Assembly: GCA_024704765.1 (NCBI GenBank)
Contig: JAKMXF010000326.1
Span: 124,001 to 188,000 of the forward strand
Source: Oopsacas minuta
Taxonomy: Eukaryota > Animalia > Porifera
Length of the DNA stretch: 64,000 nucleotides
Reading direction: 5' to 3'
The notes beneath the pieces are model-generated. The model ran no database searches. It had not been told where the DNA came from and saw only the letters and a list, made by a program, of their open reading frames with translations. Shown here piece after piece: positions 25,748 through 38,050 of this stretch (position 1 is the first letter of the stretch; each line of letters opens with the position of its first letter). The translations under genes and the position numbers were made by a program.

Positions 25748-26952
25748 CACTGGGTAACATCAAATTTATTCCTCAAATGAAAATATATTACCTAGACTAA
25801 CTTTGCGATGCTGATTCCAAATCTGAAATCAGAATTGGTCTATCACGTCAGGATTTCAAGATATGAACATTCACGAAATTCGGATTTTGCATTGATTGGT
25901 ACTATATTATAAGGTACCACACAGTACAAGTTAGGCCTATTGTACAATTTTCTTTCCCAGCGAATTGTTGGTCAACAATGCATATTATGTACGGTTAATA
26001 TTAACATTATTCTGTAAATGTAATGTTCTATCTTTTGACAATTAATGCATTCTTGAGTGTTCTTGGCCATGGCTATAAGGAGGGGTTATTTAGCCTACTT
26101 GCGGGTGGATTGTAGACTGTATCGATAAACCAACAACATTACTGTTTTGCAGAATTTTTAGTTTGTAACTGATTGTGTATTTAAGATTTTTGTTTACAAT
26201 GAATACGAGCAGAAGACAATGCACGAACCACCCAGATAACTTCTGCTATATTTGTGGAAAATTTGCGCCGAAGCCCCAGCGAAGAAATATTGCCAATCGT
26301 GTCAAGATTGGCTACAAGTATTACTTTGGTTGCAAGTTGGTGACCAAGACAAGAACTGGACACCTCACATCTGTTGTACCGTCTGCTATGCCAGTCTAAT
26401 CCAATGGCTTAATGGAAAGAAGAAATCCATGCCATTTGCGGTACCTATGATTTGGCGAGAACCTAAAAACCATACGTCGGATTGTTATTTTTGCACAACA
26501 AATATTGCTGGATTTTCGACCTCTATACCGTGATGGAATCGCGGTATAGAGGTCGATTTAACCCAAACATGATGGGGGACTACTGCTGGTTTTTCCAGCG
26601 TGAAACTGACACTGAACATGCTCGTAAGAGCAAGTGTATAAAGCACTTTTGAGAGGATACAATGTTATTTTTGTCTGGTTTAATCATCCTGGGTTGTGTT
26701 AAATGGTGCAAAATGATAATTCTGTTATTTTCACTAGCAATCATTGTGTTTATAACATGTAATGTTTTGTTCTGCACAGCCAAAATTAGCCAAAATGACA
26801 ATTACGGGTTGTTGTGTGCATATGTCATATCTCAAAAACGTGATGTGTTAGAAAAATCTAAGGCCAGATTTGGATTCAGCATGGACATATTAGTCTAGGT
26901 AAACTTGAAACGAGCAAGGAATAAAAAATAAGTTGTAAAATGTTGTCCAGTC
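25748..26952 (+). mobile_element. Chapaev3 non-autonomous internal-deletion derivative
   Basis: Ends CACTGGGTAACA / TGTTGTCCAGTC, TAA flanks (TWA-type 3-bp TSD). N-terminus MNTSRRQCTNHPDNFCYICG..YFGCK.GDQDKNWTPHICC..C..WREPKNHTSDCYFC joined to the C-terminal tail MESRYRGRFNPNMMGDYCW; catalytic core missing. Confidence 0.9.
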
Positions 26953-27789
26953 TAATTCGTTTAATAAGGAGAAGGAATATAGTTTAAATTTCCAGCTGAA
27001 ATTTAAGAATTTAATATCCATGGTGAACCGAAATTAGATTAAAAGGCATTATGAGGTGACACTAGAACTACTACGTCGCTTTGGTTATTAATGTCGGCAC
27101 TTCGTGCCTTGAGTATTAAATTTGAGGTACAAACTTAGCATTCTCTATAATACCAAATTGGTACATTTTGGCTCGATTAAATGTATTATTGATAGATAAT
27201 AATCAAAACAAGCCATGTGATCCAACTCTTCCCAGTTAGAAATGACGTGATCTGTTGAGTTTAAATAAGTTGTTAAAATCTCCCAATTCTCAAGCTCTAA
27301 TACACAATCACTAGTGGGTCATCGAATACTGTCACATATCAACTGACCTAAGGATGTTTAAACATAATGTATACATTTTTGTAATTCTAAAGTTGTCATA
27401 TTATTCGGGTATATTAGCTACCATAGTACTCATGTAGAGATAATTGGAATACGTATCTAGTTTATTAATCCACAACACAAAACTTTTGAATAAGTCTCAA
27501 TTTTCTACACAGCTAAATATTTAGTAATTAAGATATATGTACAGTTAATCTCCTGCTACAATGAATTTCCTGTGATTCGCTTACTTAATTTACTGATTTG
27601 TACTATATTCCTGCCCCCATCATAAAATTCAACTTAGACTTTCTCACACTCAGCCCGTACATAGTCTGAATCAACAATTTAGTAATTGTTTGAGCTTTTT
27701 GATTGGGCGTTTTTTTAACTTTAAAATGAGTCTCTATAATATAATCAGTAATTGTCAATTTCCTTCAGAGCTGATGGGAACTTCTTCTA

Positions 27790-30700
27790 CATCGACCTAT
27801 ATCATATGTAAGTCTTTCCAAGGGGCTTAATGGCAAAGGAGCTCAAGTAGGAATTGGAGCTTCTCTTTCTGACGCCTATCGCAAGAGGAAAACATATTGT
27901 AGACTTTCAGAAGCATCCCAACCCAATATGCTGTCATTTTCAACCTATCGAAAGTCTTATCTATGCCTTGGTGTCCACCTTTATCATGGGCGCGTACCAA
28001 GGATTCTGTTTTCAATCGTTCAGGAACAACCACAACACTATGAAGATACGAAAAAGGCTGAACTTTAAAGTTCCAAACAAACACATTATTCACTAGAAAC
28101 AACTATGATTGGATCTGTTTATACCTTTTAAACTGTTAAGTATTCCATAATTGTGTGGAGAACTGTTTATTTATCGGAACAACTTCCATCTCAGCGATGA
28201 CTCAACTAATTACCTTGTCATTCATTTGATATTGTCAATCTGCTAAAATACCAATTCCAGAAGGAAATTCGTCAATGCACAACTATCTACTCCAGGATCA
28301 CAGTTCAATCGAGATAACGCATCTGCGTTGTGATTTTCTTTACAGTCCGATACTTGATATCGAAATCATACTCCTCGATCGGTACAGCACAGCACATCAC
28401 CTTAACCGACCCATTGAATTGTGTCTGTGCAATCATTTCAATGGCTTGTGATCAGTAAATATCTCGAATTTCTTCCCAATCAAATAATGACTTAAATGCT
28501 TTGGTCCCTCAAAAATTGCAAGACACTCTTGTTTTATCGTGCCGTAGTTGCGTTCAGCAATTCGCAGAGTTCTACTAAAGTATACCATTACATGATCTTC
28601 CTATTCAAGAACTGTACCCAATCCTATCCCACTGGAATCTGTATATACATGGAAGTTTTTGTTAAATTCTGAACATTGCAGCACTGGCGAGGACGAAAGT
28701 GATTCCTTAACGTCAGATTGAACTGTCTGAGCCTATTGAATATCATCCTTAAGCTGTTTGTGAGATTCTAAATCCAGCGAATATACAAGGACATCTTCAA
28801 TGAAAATATCTCACATATCTTCAAACCACTCCAAACCTTATGCAATGTAGTTTGGAGCGCCCTTGGCCCACCTGTCAATCCAAAAGCAACACGTTGAACT
28901 CGAAAAGTCCAATCCCTGGACCCGGCGAGAAAGCGGTCTTCACCATATCACTTACACGGACTGGTATTTGCCAAAAACCTGAATTGAGATTCAGTTTCGT
29001 AAAATACTTCATTCTAAACAATTTGTCCTGAACTTGATCTGGAAATGGAAGAGGATAAGTATCCTTTTGTGTCACATGTTAAGAGCTCGAGAGTCGTTAC
29101 AGAAATATATTTTAACGTCTTGCTTGTCGAGCATTAAAGGAGGAGAAATCCAGTAACTTCTAGAAATTCTGATGATATTCCTTCTAATGCATTTCTTTAG
29201 CCTGCAAATCGACCTCTTTTTGCTAGGCCTATGGAACCATTCTAGGTGGCGTTCTTATCCCCAGGAACACCAGTCCTGATCTGAAATTCCTCTACCTTTG
29301 CAACGCCAGGAACTGAAACCAAGAGATCTCGATATTCATACCTTGGAAGCCAAGGGAACAACTGCCGATTCGAATGCTGGAGTATTACGATAACCAGGAA
29401 CAATTCCTCTACACTGAGTCACTTCTGGACATCTCTCTGGCTCGAGTCAAGTGAACTGATTATTTGTGAATCACACAATCCCATATACATGGAACAAGGC
29501 TTGTACGAAGTATACTCTACCTTATTATCTGTTGGATCTTTCTAACCAGCTTCTCGGACATCCGTGACTGTTCCTAGTTGTGGTCCCTTTTCCACACCTC
29601 AGTTAAGATTTAAATCCACACGATGCTTTACAAATAAGTCTACTCTCAAACTGCAATCTTCTACCTATGGGAAGTTACAAAGATTTCTTGTAGACAATTA
29701 ATATTACCGATTGATATTTCTAAATGATTTTCATCTAAGAGCTTCTTTTGATTTCACTGTTCATAACTCCCTGGAATTCACATTACTTGAAAAATTGTTC
29801 GGACACTTGCTAAAGACATTGCCAGAAATTAGTTAGCACTCCCTCCACTGTAGAGTAATGTACTACAATTGACTCCTCCTACTTTCAATTTTACCTTCGG
29901 AGTTCCACTGACTAACATAGAGCAACATGATCTTGGTGGAATAATATAGATGGTACTGCTGAATCTATAACTATATTCGAATATTCTGTATAAGTTTGAG
30001 TCTGTTGAATATCAGGGATTCGCCTGGATTCTTCCAACGAACCCATCTAGTTTAAAGGATGCCATGTCGGGGTCTTGGAACCGATTCTCGCCATATGCCC
30101 TATTCGTTTGCAATTTTGACACATGACCTGTTTATCTGTTCTATTATTCCCGCCATCCCTTGAAATATGTCCTTCTCCTCGACACGTATAACACAATCTT
30201 TCTTTCCCTCTTGTCCCTTTCCTAGCCTCTTGGACCAACGTTCGTATCCATCCACCCTCCCTCCTAGTTCATTTAATCACTTGTTACGACGTCCCTCAAC
30301 AGCACATGCTATTTCCGATTTCGTTACATGCTAGTGTCCTAAGCTGTTCTGTTATTTGTTTAACTGCCTCATTCATCAGTTTCCTGTCAATTTTATGAAT
30401 AATCAGATGTCTTTTGCTTGAATTTCTTTTGGAGACCTCAATTGATTTTCCTTCGGTTCTCCTGGAAGATTCGTTTTGCAAAGGAATCAATATTTGTGCT
30501 CGTTTTATCGAATTTTCCGAAGTGGTGATATCCGAGGAAAGCCAAATATTCTCATAAATCTGTCTGGGTAACCCACGGATGAACTCCTCGAATAACAGCT
30601 GTTCCTTCACTTCCAGAAACATGTCAGGAAATGCCTTCCTCAAGAGATTTTTAAGTTCCTACAAATACTTCTGTGGTGTTTCACTTAGGTGAAGTGATAT

Positions 30701-31000
30701 ACTTTAGCATTTACGTAATGAAGTAATGTTCGTAACCTCGTGAATAAATGCACTCAGCAACTTGTTTTAACCGCCTCAAAATCCAACCTGCTCTCCACGC
30801 CTAGAGTTTAACACTTATATGGCTTCGCCTCTCAAACAAGTCGTTTATCGTCATGACTTCTTACCAGCATTCCACTCATTTGCACCCGAACATATTTCGA
30901 TATGTTCCAGAAATTCCTCAATATCTCTATCGTTAAATTCTCCACTGGTACGCTTGAAGTTGCTATTTTGTTAACTCTCTGCTACTAATAGTAGTAGTCA
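27790..31000 (-). mobile_element. Ty3/gypsy LTR-retrotransposon internal region, degraded
   Basis: Gag with two CCHC-type knuckles (CYTCRGEGHISRD, CQNCKRIGHMARI), protease-like segment ~29850-29950, RT (KDTYPLP..YFTKLNLNSGFWQIP..KTAF), RNase H (TDSSGIGLG; ERNYGT; TDHKPL), integrase (HDKGGHQGIDKTFDRL..YWVGM), in PR-RT-RH-INT order. LTRs not found. Confidence 0.9.
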
Positions 31001-31032
31001 CGTAGAGATAACCGTAAAATGTATCTAGTTTA

Positions 31033-32339
31033 CAGCGTGGCTTTTAAGTCCTGACCCATTATATATTTCATTGTCCACATTGTTGGACTATTCTTACATA
31101 GGTTTACTAATCGATAATTCAAACACATATTGGAACTAATTATATTTGATTGAATTATTCATTGTAGCCACCTTTCTTTGTAATTACTGCTCGTAGACGC
31201 CCTGGCACTGCCTCTACTGCGCGCGCAGTGTTTCTTCTGGAATTCTAGCACATTCACGAAGTAGATCCTTCTTTAAAGACGCTATATTAGTATGAGCTTT
31301 TGCGCATGCATTTTTCTCCAATATCGCCAATATAGAGAAATCTATGGGATGTAGATCAGGACTAGACAGGGCCATTCTTCCTTAGTGATAAAATAGGGAA
31401 TATTTTCTGAAAAGCCAGGTCTGAGTGATACGAGCTGTATGGGCTGGAGCCCCATCTTGTTGAAATAAGAATCGATTCTTGTTCAACATGCTAGCACCCA
31501 GGTCTTTTACTACAGGTTCTAAAATACGATCTTTGTATTCTGTAGAGTTGATTTTTACACACCGGGGGACAAATATCAGTTGTGTCCTTCCAAAACCGGA
31601 GATCCCTCCCCAAATCATCACTGAAAGTGGTTATTGGACTCTCCGAACATAGCGGAGTTCTTCATTTATAGTGGAAGAAGTAGAAGATAAGATCCTGTCG
31701 TTTTGAGAGTTACTGGCCTCCTCAATTGTGAATAATTTTCATCCGAATACAGAACATTATGATAGCCATGTTCTGCGAGCCGACTAAGAAGCTTTTTGCT
31801 ACGAAGTAATCGTTTTTGTCGAATCGCAGTTGAGAGATAGTGTACCTTTCTTCGTTTGTAAGAAGATAGCCCCAGGGAACCTTTCACAATCTTATGAACT
31901 GATGTAGGCGATATTTTGAGGTCAGATGACATTTTTCTCATTGATCGGCGTGGATTTCGCCGAATTCTGTCTCTGATTACTTCATACTGGTTGTGGTTAC
32001 AGTAATTGGACGTCCACTTCTACTTTTGTCTTTGACACTACCAGTCTTAAGATAACGCTGGATAGTACTAAAGACAAATTTCCTCCGCTTTTTCGGGATA
32101 TTCAATGATCTCATAATGTCACATTGGTGCTTCCCATTCACAAATAATTCAATTATAGCAGACCGTTATCTTTCCATCTGTGCAGTGAAGGGATCGTGTA
32201 GAAATATCACTCAGTTCTAACTAATAATTATGCTAGACTATATACATATACAACATATATAAATATCATAACCTAAGAAAGTATATTATACTTGTTGTAA
32301 AACTGCAATTATAGGAATCAGGACTTAAAAGCCACCCTG
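31033..32339 (-). mobile_element. Tc1/mariner maT element, second family member, inactivated
   Basis: TIR CAG(C/G)GTGGCTTTTAAGTCCTGA, TA flanks. Transposase from ATG 32177 to stop ~31155 with SGRP, SYKRRKVH, LYSDE, MIWGGIS and QQDGAPAH; frameshifted; related to but clearly divergent from 10015-11300. Confidence 0.93.
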
Positions 32340-32931
32340 TATACCAAGTAAATTGGAAGTTGGGGATGTAGTACATATTGGCTGTACTTATTGGACTAAA
32401 ACTCTCGCCACAATCTAGTCATAAGTGGATATTGGCCAAAAATGTGCCATCCATGGCATCTAGTATAATTCAAAATGTGAGAACTTTATAATTGCTATTA
32501 CTGGTACCATGGATACTCTATAATAAATCCAAAATTGTTAAAATATTTTTGAAAATCTCAACTATTCTCTAAAAATGTGATAGCAAATACTACTACATTA
32601 CAGTTATGCCTATTTTTGTAATATAACTCCAGGTCAGGAACAAAGAAACCATGAAAATGCATTATTATCAGTGTGATAGGAACTAAGAGTTGAGTTATAT
32701 GAATTCATGTCAGTGATGTCATGTAAGGTAGTAAATCCGTCATACAACAGTACTACGGTTTGGGGCTAAATTCTGAATGAAGTGTGTCCTGATTAACCGT
32801 TTCCAAAGAAGCAGAGTTCGCTGTATCTTAGTTTTGACACATACACATAGGTAATATTTGTTTTATTTCTTTATATGTATTTTTATTGATTTGATCTTCT
32901 TATTTTTAGCTTTATTTTTGCTTCAAATATA

Positions 32932-34018
32932 ATGTCTCGTGATCAATCAGACTCTATTCGTGCTAATATTTCAGTGACCCACCTGAAAAGTACTAGCCCA
33001 CGTACAAGTGTGTACGATCGCTTGGGTCCACCAGGATTACATGCTCCAACTATCAAATCAGAGGATACTTGTAGATATATTTTGAAAAATGGGCATTGCA
33101 GATTTGGTGATGAATGTACATATTACCATACCCCTTCTCACGCGTTAACGAATCAGGATTATTCCGGTGAGGTAACTCAATTTCTATCTTCTACTGTTGA
33201 GTCTAATATTCTATACCGAGAAAAGTCTGAATTTGAATCCACTCCTAACGACTGTAATATTTCTTCCAATACCTTTCCTGAGAGGAAATTGGTAGAAATC
33301 GACCAAATTAAGGGTAATATCCGTAAACATATCTCTGGATCATCAAATATCGTCAATATTGAGGACCCGCTTTTCAAAAAAGTGTGCAATTCTCGAGTTC
33401 ATAAACAAATGGGTAGTGTTGTTCAACGTGGTTGTAAAAATCTCAAAATACAATCTTCAGAGGAACATAATCTTGTAAATGATAAAATCAAATCAATTTC
33501 ATCATCAGTTCATCGCAATACATCTTTGGATAGAGATCAGAGTATGACAAGTGACAGCTTCAACAGCGGGGATGAAAGGGATTCAAGTACTGATTCTATT
33601 AGCGAGAATGAAACTTTAGTTTTGGGAGTTTCTAAAGTGAAAGATTTTGGGGAAAAAGCACTGTCTTCGATTTCTGAAAGCAGCTTTTCATCTGTTCCTT
33701 CAACTGATAAAACTCCTAGCCAGAAGAAGAAATCTTTACGCAATGCAAAACGTACTTCTAGAGTTTGCAGCGCGAAAGTTATTGATTCAGTTTCAAAGAG
33801 GGATAATATGCATGGTATAAATTGTTATAATCATGACTTAAAGCATCGACCTGCTACATCTCAAATGGTGGCTGCAAACACAGCTGTCCCTGTTCATTCC
33901 CATAAATTTTTCAAGAAGCATAGTAAAAGAATTAAATCGTTTTCCTTTCCTGAAGATTGTTCTAGATATAGGAAGGATCATCATAGAGATAAAAAACGAA
34001 TTTCTAAGTCTAATCAAG
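32932..34018 (+). CDS. Host gene exon: CCCH zinc-finger protein, otherwise Ser/Lys-rich low complexity
   Basis: Uninterrupted ORF (394 aa unspliced) with CRYILKNGHCRFGDECTYYH (C-x8-C-x5-C-x3-H). Polypyrimidine tract upstream; donor CAAG|GTAAT at 34018/34019 (phase 1), after which the ORF turns hydrophobic and intron-like. Confidence 0.75.
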
Positions 34019-37000
34019 GTAATATATTTGCTTTCACCTTAACATTCTATATTCATACTAAGGCACTGTATTCAAAACCTGCACCATGGATAGCATTATT
34101 CTGGATTTTTGTCTAATAATTGGCAACTTGCTTTCAGGTTAACCAGGCCCCTATTCCCTGAAAATACAAATGGATTCTAAAAAATCGATTTTTGGTCTGT
34201 TTAAGACAAATAGTGGCAGCTCCTTTTAATTCTAGGTAAGGAAAAATGTGGTGGCGATAGGAGTTTCAAAATTTGCACCTTTCCCCAGGGTGCTGTAATA
34301 ATTGTTGCCCTTCTCGTTCCTATTTTATCCGAAATCCATTAAAATTTCGTTGGTGTATTTGATATCCTAAACTTGTCCAGGCTCTTAGCCCTGAACAAGG
34401 GCATAGGAAGCTGATTGGTCACGTTGACCTATAAAATTAAATGGAGCCACTAGCGTTGAAACCTGACCAACCAGACCGTATCCTATGACCATGCTTAAAC
34501 TGAAGAGTCTGGTAAAAGCACCAAATTTTGTAAAGTCGCGCGAATGTATGCTTGATCTCTTAAGAATGGAGCCAATTCAGCGAAGTTCAGTGGAAATATT
34601 TCTTCCTAAGCAACAGGAATGTCTGAGAAACGTGGCAACAATCCATTCTTCCTAATCCTACGAGTGATACCTTGTTTGACGCCGAAAAATTGTTTGTTTA
34701 TTTAGTCCCTCTTATCTTCATCTTAGGATGTATTCCTGAAATAATTCGCGTTCACCAGGATTAATGATATTCTATACCGTGAGAAGTCGGGTTAGATTGC
34801 CCCCCAAACGAATAATTGTTACAGTTTGAGACTATCAACATACTTCACACGTTATCGAATGTCATTTATCCAATGCAACCTAGTTATCTTTCTGGGATAT
34901 ATTGTAAGATGTAAGGAGGATAGGCTGTTCAAAATACTTCAATCATTAATTTGACAAACTTCTGCAGTTAGAAGTAAATATTTTAGACCATTCAAAAGAG
35001 GACATGCGGACGTTTTGGAAATGAATTTCAATTTCCGAAATTGTATTGTTTCTCTTAGGAATGCTACATCTAACTAGTGTTAGTTTACACGAATTTTATA
35101 CTTCTATTCTAAACTATTTTTCCTGAAATCATTGGCATTGACTCCTGCTGTATGGATGTTTATTTCTTTATAATTTCATATTAAAATATTCGAAACCTTT
35201 TGTGATATTTAGTTTTGAAAACTGGCTTGTTTGCGCCAAGTCTCTATTATATTTGTACTAGTACACGAATTTAATTAATAATTCAAATTGCTAGCAGTAC
35301 ATGTGAATTTTTATGCATAATTTAACTAGATATTTATCCTGAAATTATAGCCATAATTCCTGCTGTATTGACGTTTATGTGTTAATTAATAATTGATAAA
35401 TTAATTTAAGTTTGAATATTTTTAAGATATTTAGCATCGAATATAGGCTTGTTTGATTCGAGTCAGATTTGATTTGTATAATAGCACACAAATGTAGTTA
35501 TATATTATAATCCATTTTTACTAGACTAACACATGTAGATTATGCCAATATAAACTAATTGATGTAGCAGGAAATGATTTGTTAATATATTTTAATTTAA
35601 TTATGAATTGATATAACAGAATGTATTGGGATTCAGGCCAATAAATACGAAAACATGCAACAATATACACAGAACGCATCAAATTTCTATAAGCACAATA
35701 TTATATGATCTTTGCAGAGTCTTGATACGTATTGTTACTAGTTTAGTTGATGTAATGCTTGAGTCGTTGTACCTTCCAAATAGGCAGCAGAACAAAGCTA
35801 TAAAGACTTACACAGTTTTATATTCTAGATTGGTTAGATTATTCTCTTGACTTGTTAATTTTTATTTTCTCAAGTCGATCTTCCTTGTCATTTAATTGGT
35901 CATCGCTCCTAGAGCGTAACATTACGCTTCAGAGATACTCTGTATGGCTAGTACCCTCCAACTATTGTACCTTTCAATGGTTGTCTCCACCTCCCCCAGT
36001 CTGGTCTATATGGGTCACAAGTAGGGATTTGATAAGGGGACTTTTCAAATTTCCTAAAACTCCATTTCTTATATTTGTTAATAACGTGGGTAACTAGGGA
36101 CAAAGTGATCTTTACCTTTGTAATGTTATAAGTCGGGGACAACGATTATAGGTGCATAACCCGTAATCAAATATAAGTAATTATTGAAACTGAATCGGTA
36201 TATGGAGCTGAGTTACCAGTAACTAAACTTAGCAAATATTAGCGAACTTTAGCTATATCCATGGAACATCATTGCCATGGACGGATCCAAGGTAGAATTT
36301 TTTGGGGGGTGCAAATTTACATAGTAAATATCACTTCAATTTAGCTATTTGTGATGTGTACAGTCTCTGATTCCGGAAATTTATATATTAAATATTCGTA
36401 GAATATGTTGTAAATTAGTATATGCCAGTTTGATTGTCTAATAAAAAGTCTAGTGAGAACAAAACAATGGCTTAACGAAGATAAACAATAGATGCAATCA
36501 ATTTCTTAACAAATACTAAACATTTAATTCTTTAATGGTATTTTTCTTTCTTTGTAGTAAACGCTTCAATAATCTCATTTAAATCCAAATTCTGAGTTAT
36601 ATCTCTGTTATAGGCTAAGACTACAATATCACTTAAAGACAATCAGATAGTTTCCCTCTCTTGAAAGTTTTTTTCTATTCATACGTGAAAATATACGCTC
36701 AACTGACGCTGTAGACACCGGCAATGAATTTTTAAATTGATCAATTTCATGACATAGGATGGAATTCAGGGTTCATGTTTTTCAAATCAGAATCAACATC
36801 AGTAAATGCGTGGTATTTCAATATCTCGCTTTGTAGAGAAATTTCGTTGATATTCAAAACCTCAGAATAATGTCCAAGTAATTGTTTTAGAAAACTAAAA
36901 TTGAAAAATCCTTAGTTTGAGAATTTAATCCAACCAGAACCTTCAATATGTTGATACTGGGGATTGAAAATCGCTTAACTAAAGCATCTGAAATGAGATT

Positions 37001-38050
37001 TCGTACTTGATTTGTGATATTGTTAAGGAATTCAGCATGGTTAATTTCGGAAATAGTACTATTTGGTACGGTGCAGGGTGTTAATCACTGTCAGAGGTAT
37101 AGCACATTTCCACTTAATATTACGGCCTTTAAATACTATCCGATAATATATTCGGATTATTTAGATCTTCGATTGTTTTCTTAACCTCAGATATTTCGTG
37201 AATTGCATGATGCTAATTGATACCAGTTGATTGGAGGTAAAGATGGAGCTGGTTAATAATACCTAAAACTAAATGTGTCAATACGCTAGTAAGAATAAAT
37301 CTACCATCACCCAATTTATGATATAAACCAGTTCCAGTTATCGACTACTTATCATATTCTTCAGCTTTATGACATAATGTGATCAGAATTGCTTGATGTC
37401 GTTTGTATACTGTGTCACTAGAGTAAAACAAGCCCACTAATATCATGTCTTTGTGGAATCTTTTGGATAGTTTCTTTTAGTCCCAGTTTACTTATTTCAA
37501 AAAGATCGGTATTTTTTGGTTGGTTAAATTATGTGTAGAGAGGGTCTAAAATACTAATACAATCTTTACAAGATTATTTTCAAAGAGATTTGCAATTAAC
37601 AGATTGAGTCGATGAGCATTACAATGAATGTAAACTAGCCATGGGTATACATTTTTAAGACGAGCTTGAACACCACTAATATGCCCACTCATCACGCTCG
37701 CACCCATCCATTGAAACTGCTACGAGTGTTCCAGATGTTCGTAGCATAGAAATAATAACTTCTGATTCATTAGATTGACTTAATGCATCAAATTCTTTAA
37801 TATGCGAAAATCCAAGAATTCTCTCATTGGGTACGGACCCATAACAAAATCGGATGCAGAAACTAAGTTGTTCATGTCCGCTATTATCTTTGGACTCGCC
37901 CATTAATAATGAATAAAATAGTTACTTTCTACTTCATCGCCTATTCTCCTTTGGACTTCAGATGCCATCAATGAAATTAATTCATTGTAAATAGTCTTTC
38001 CAAGATAATCTACATGCATGGAATATTGACCTTTAATCTTCTCCCTAGCA

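Noticed and set aside
34138-34235. Possible internal exon (TTTCAG| ... |GTAAGG) after the CCCH exon
   Set aside because: All three frames contain stops, and phase-1 joining gives GGT TAA. Kept only as a possible terminal or UTR alternative.
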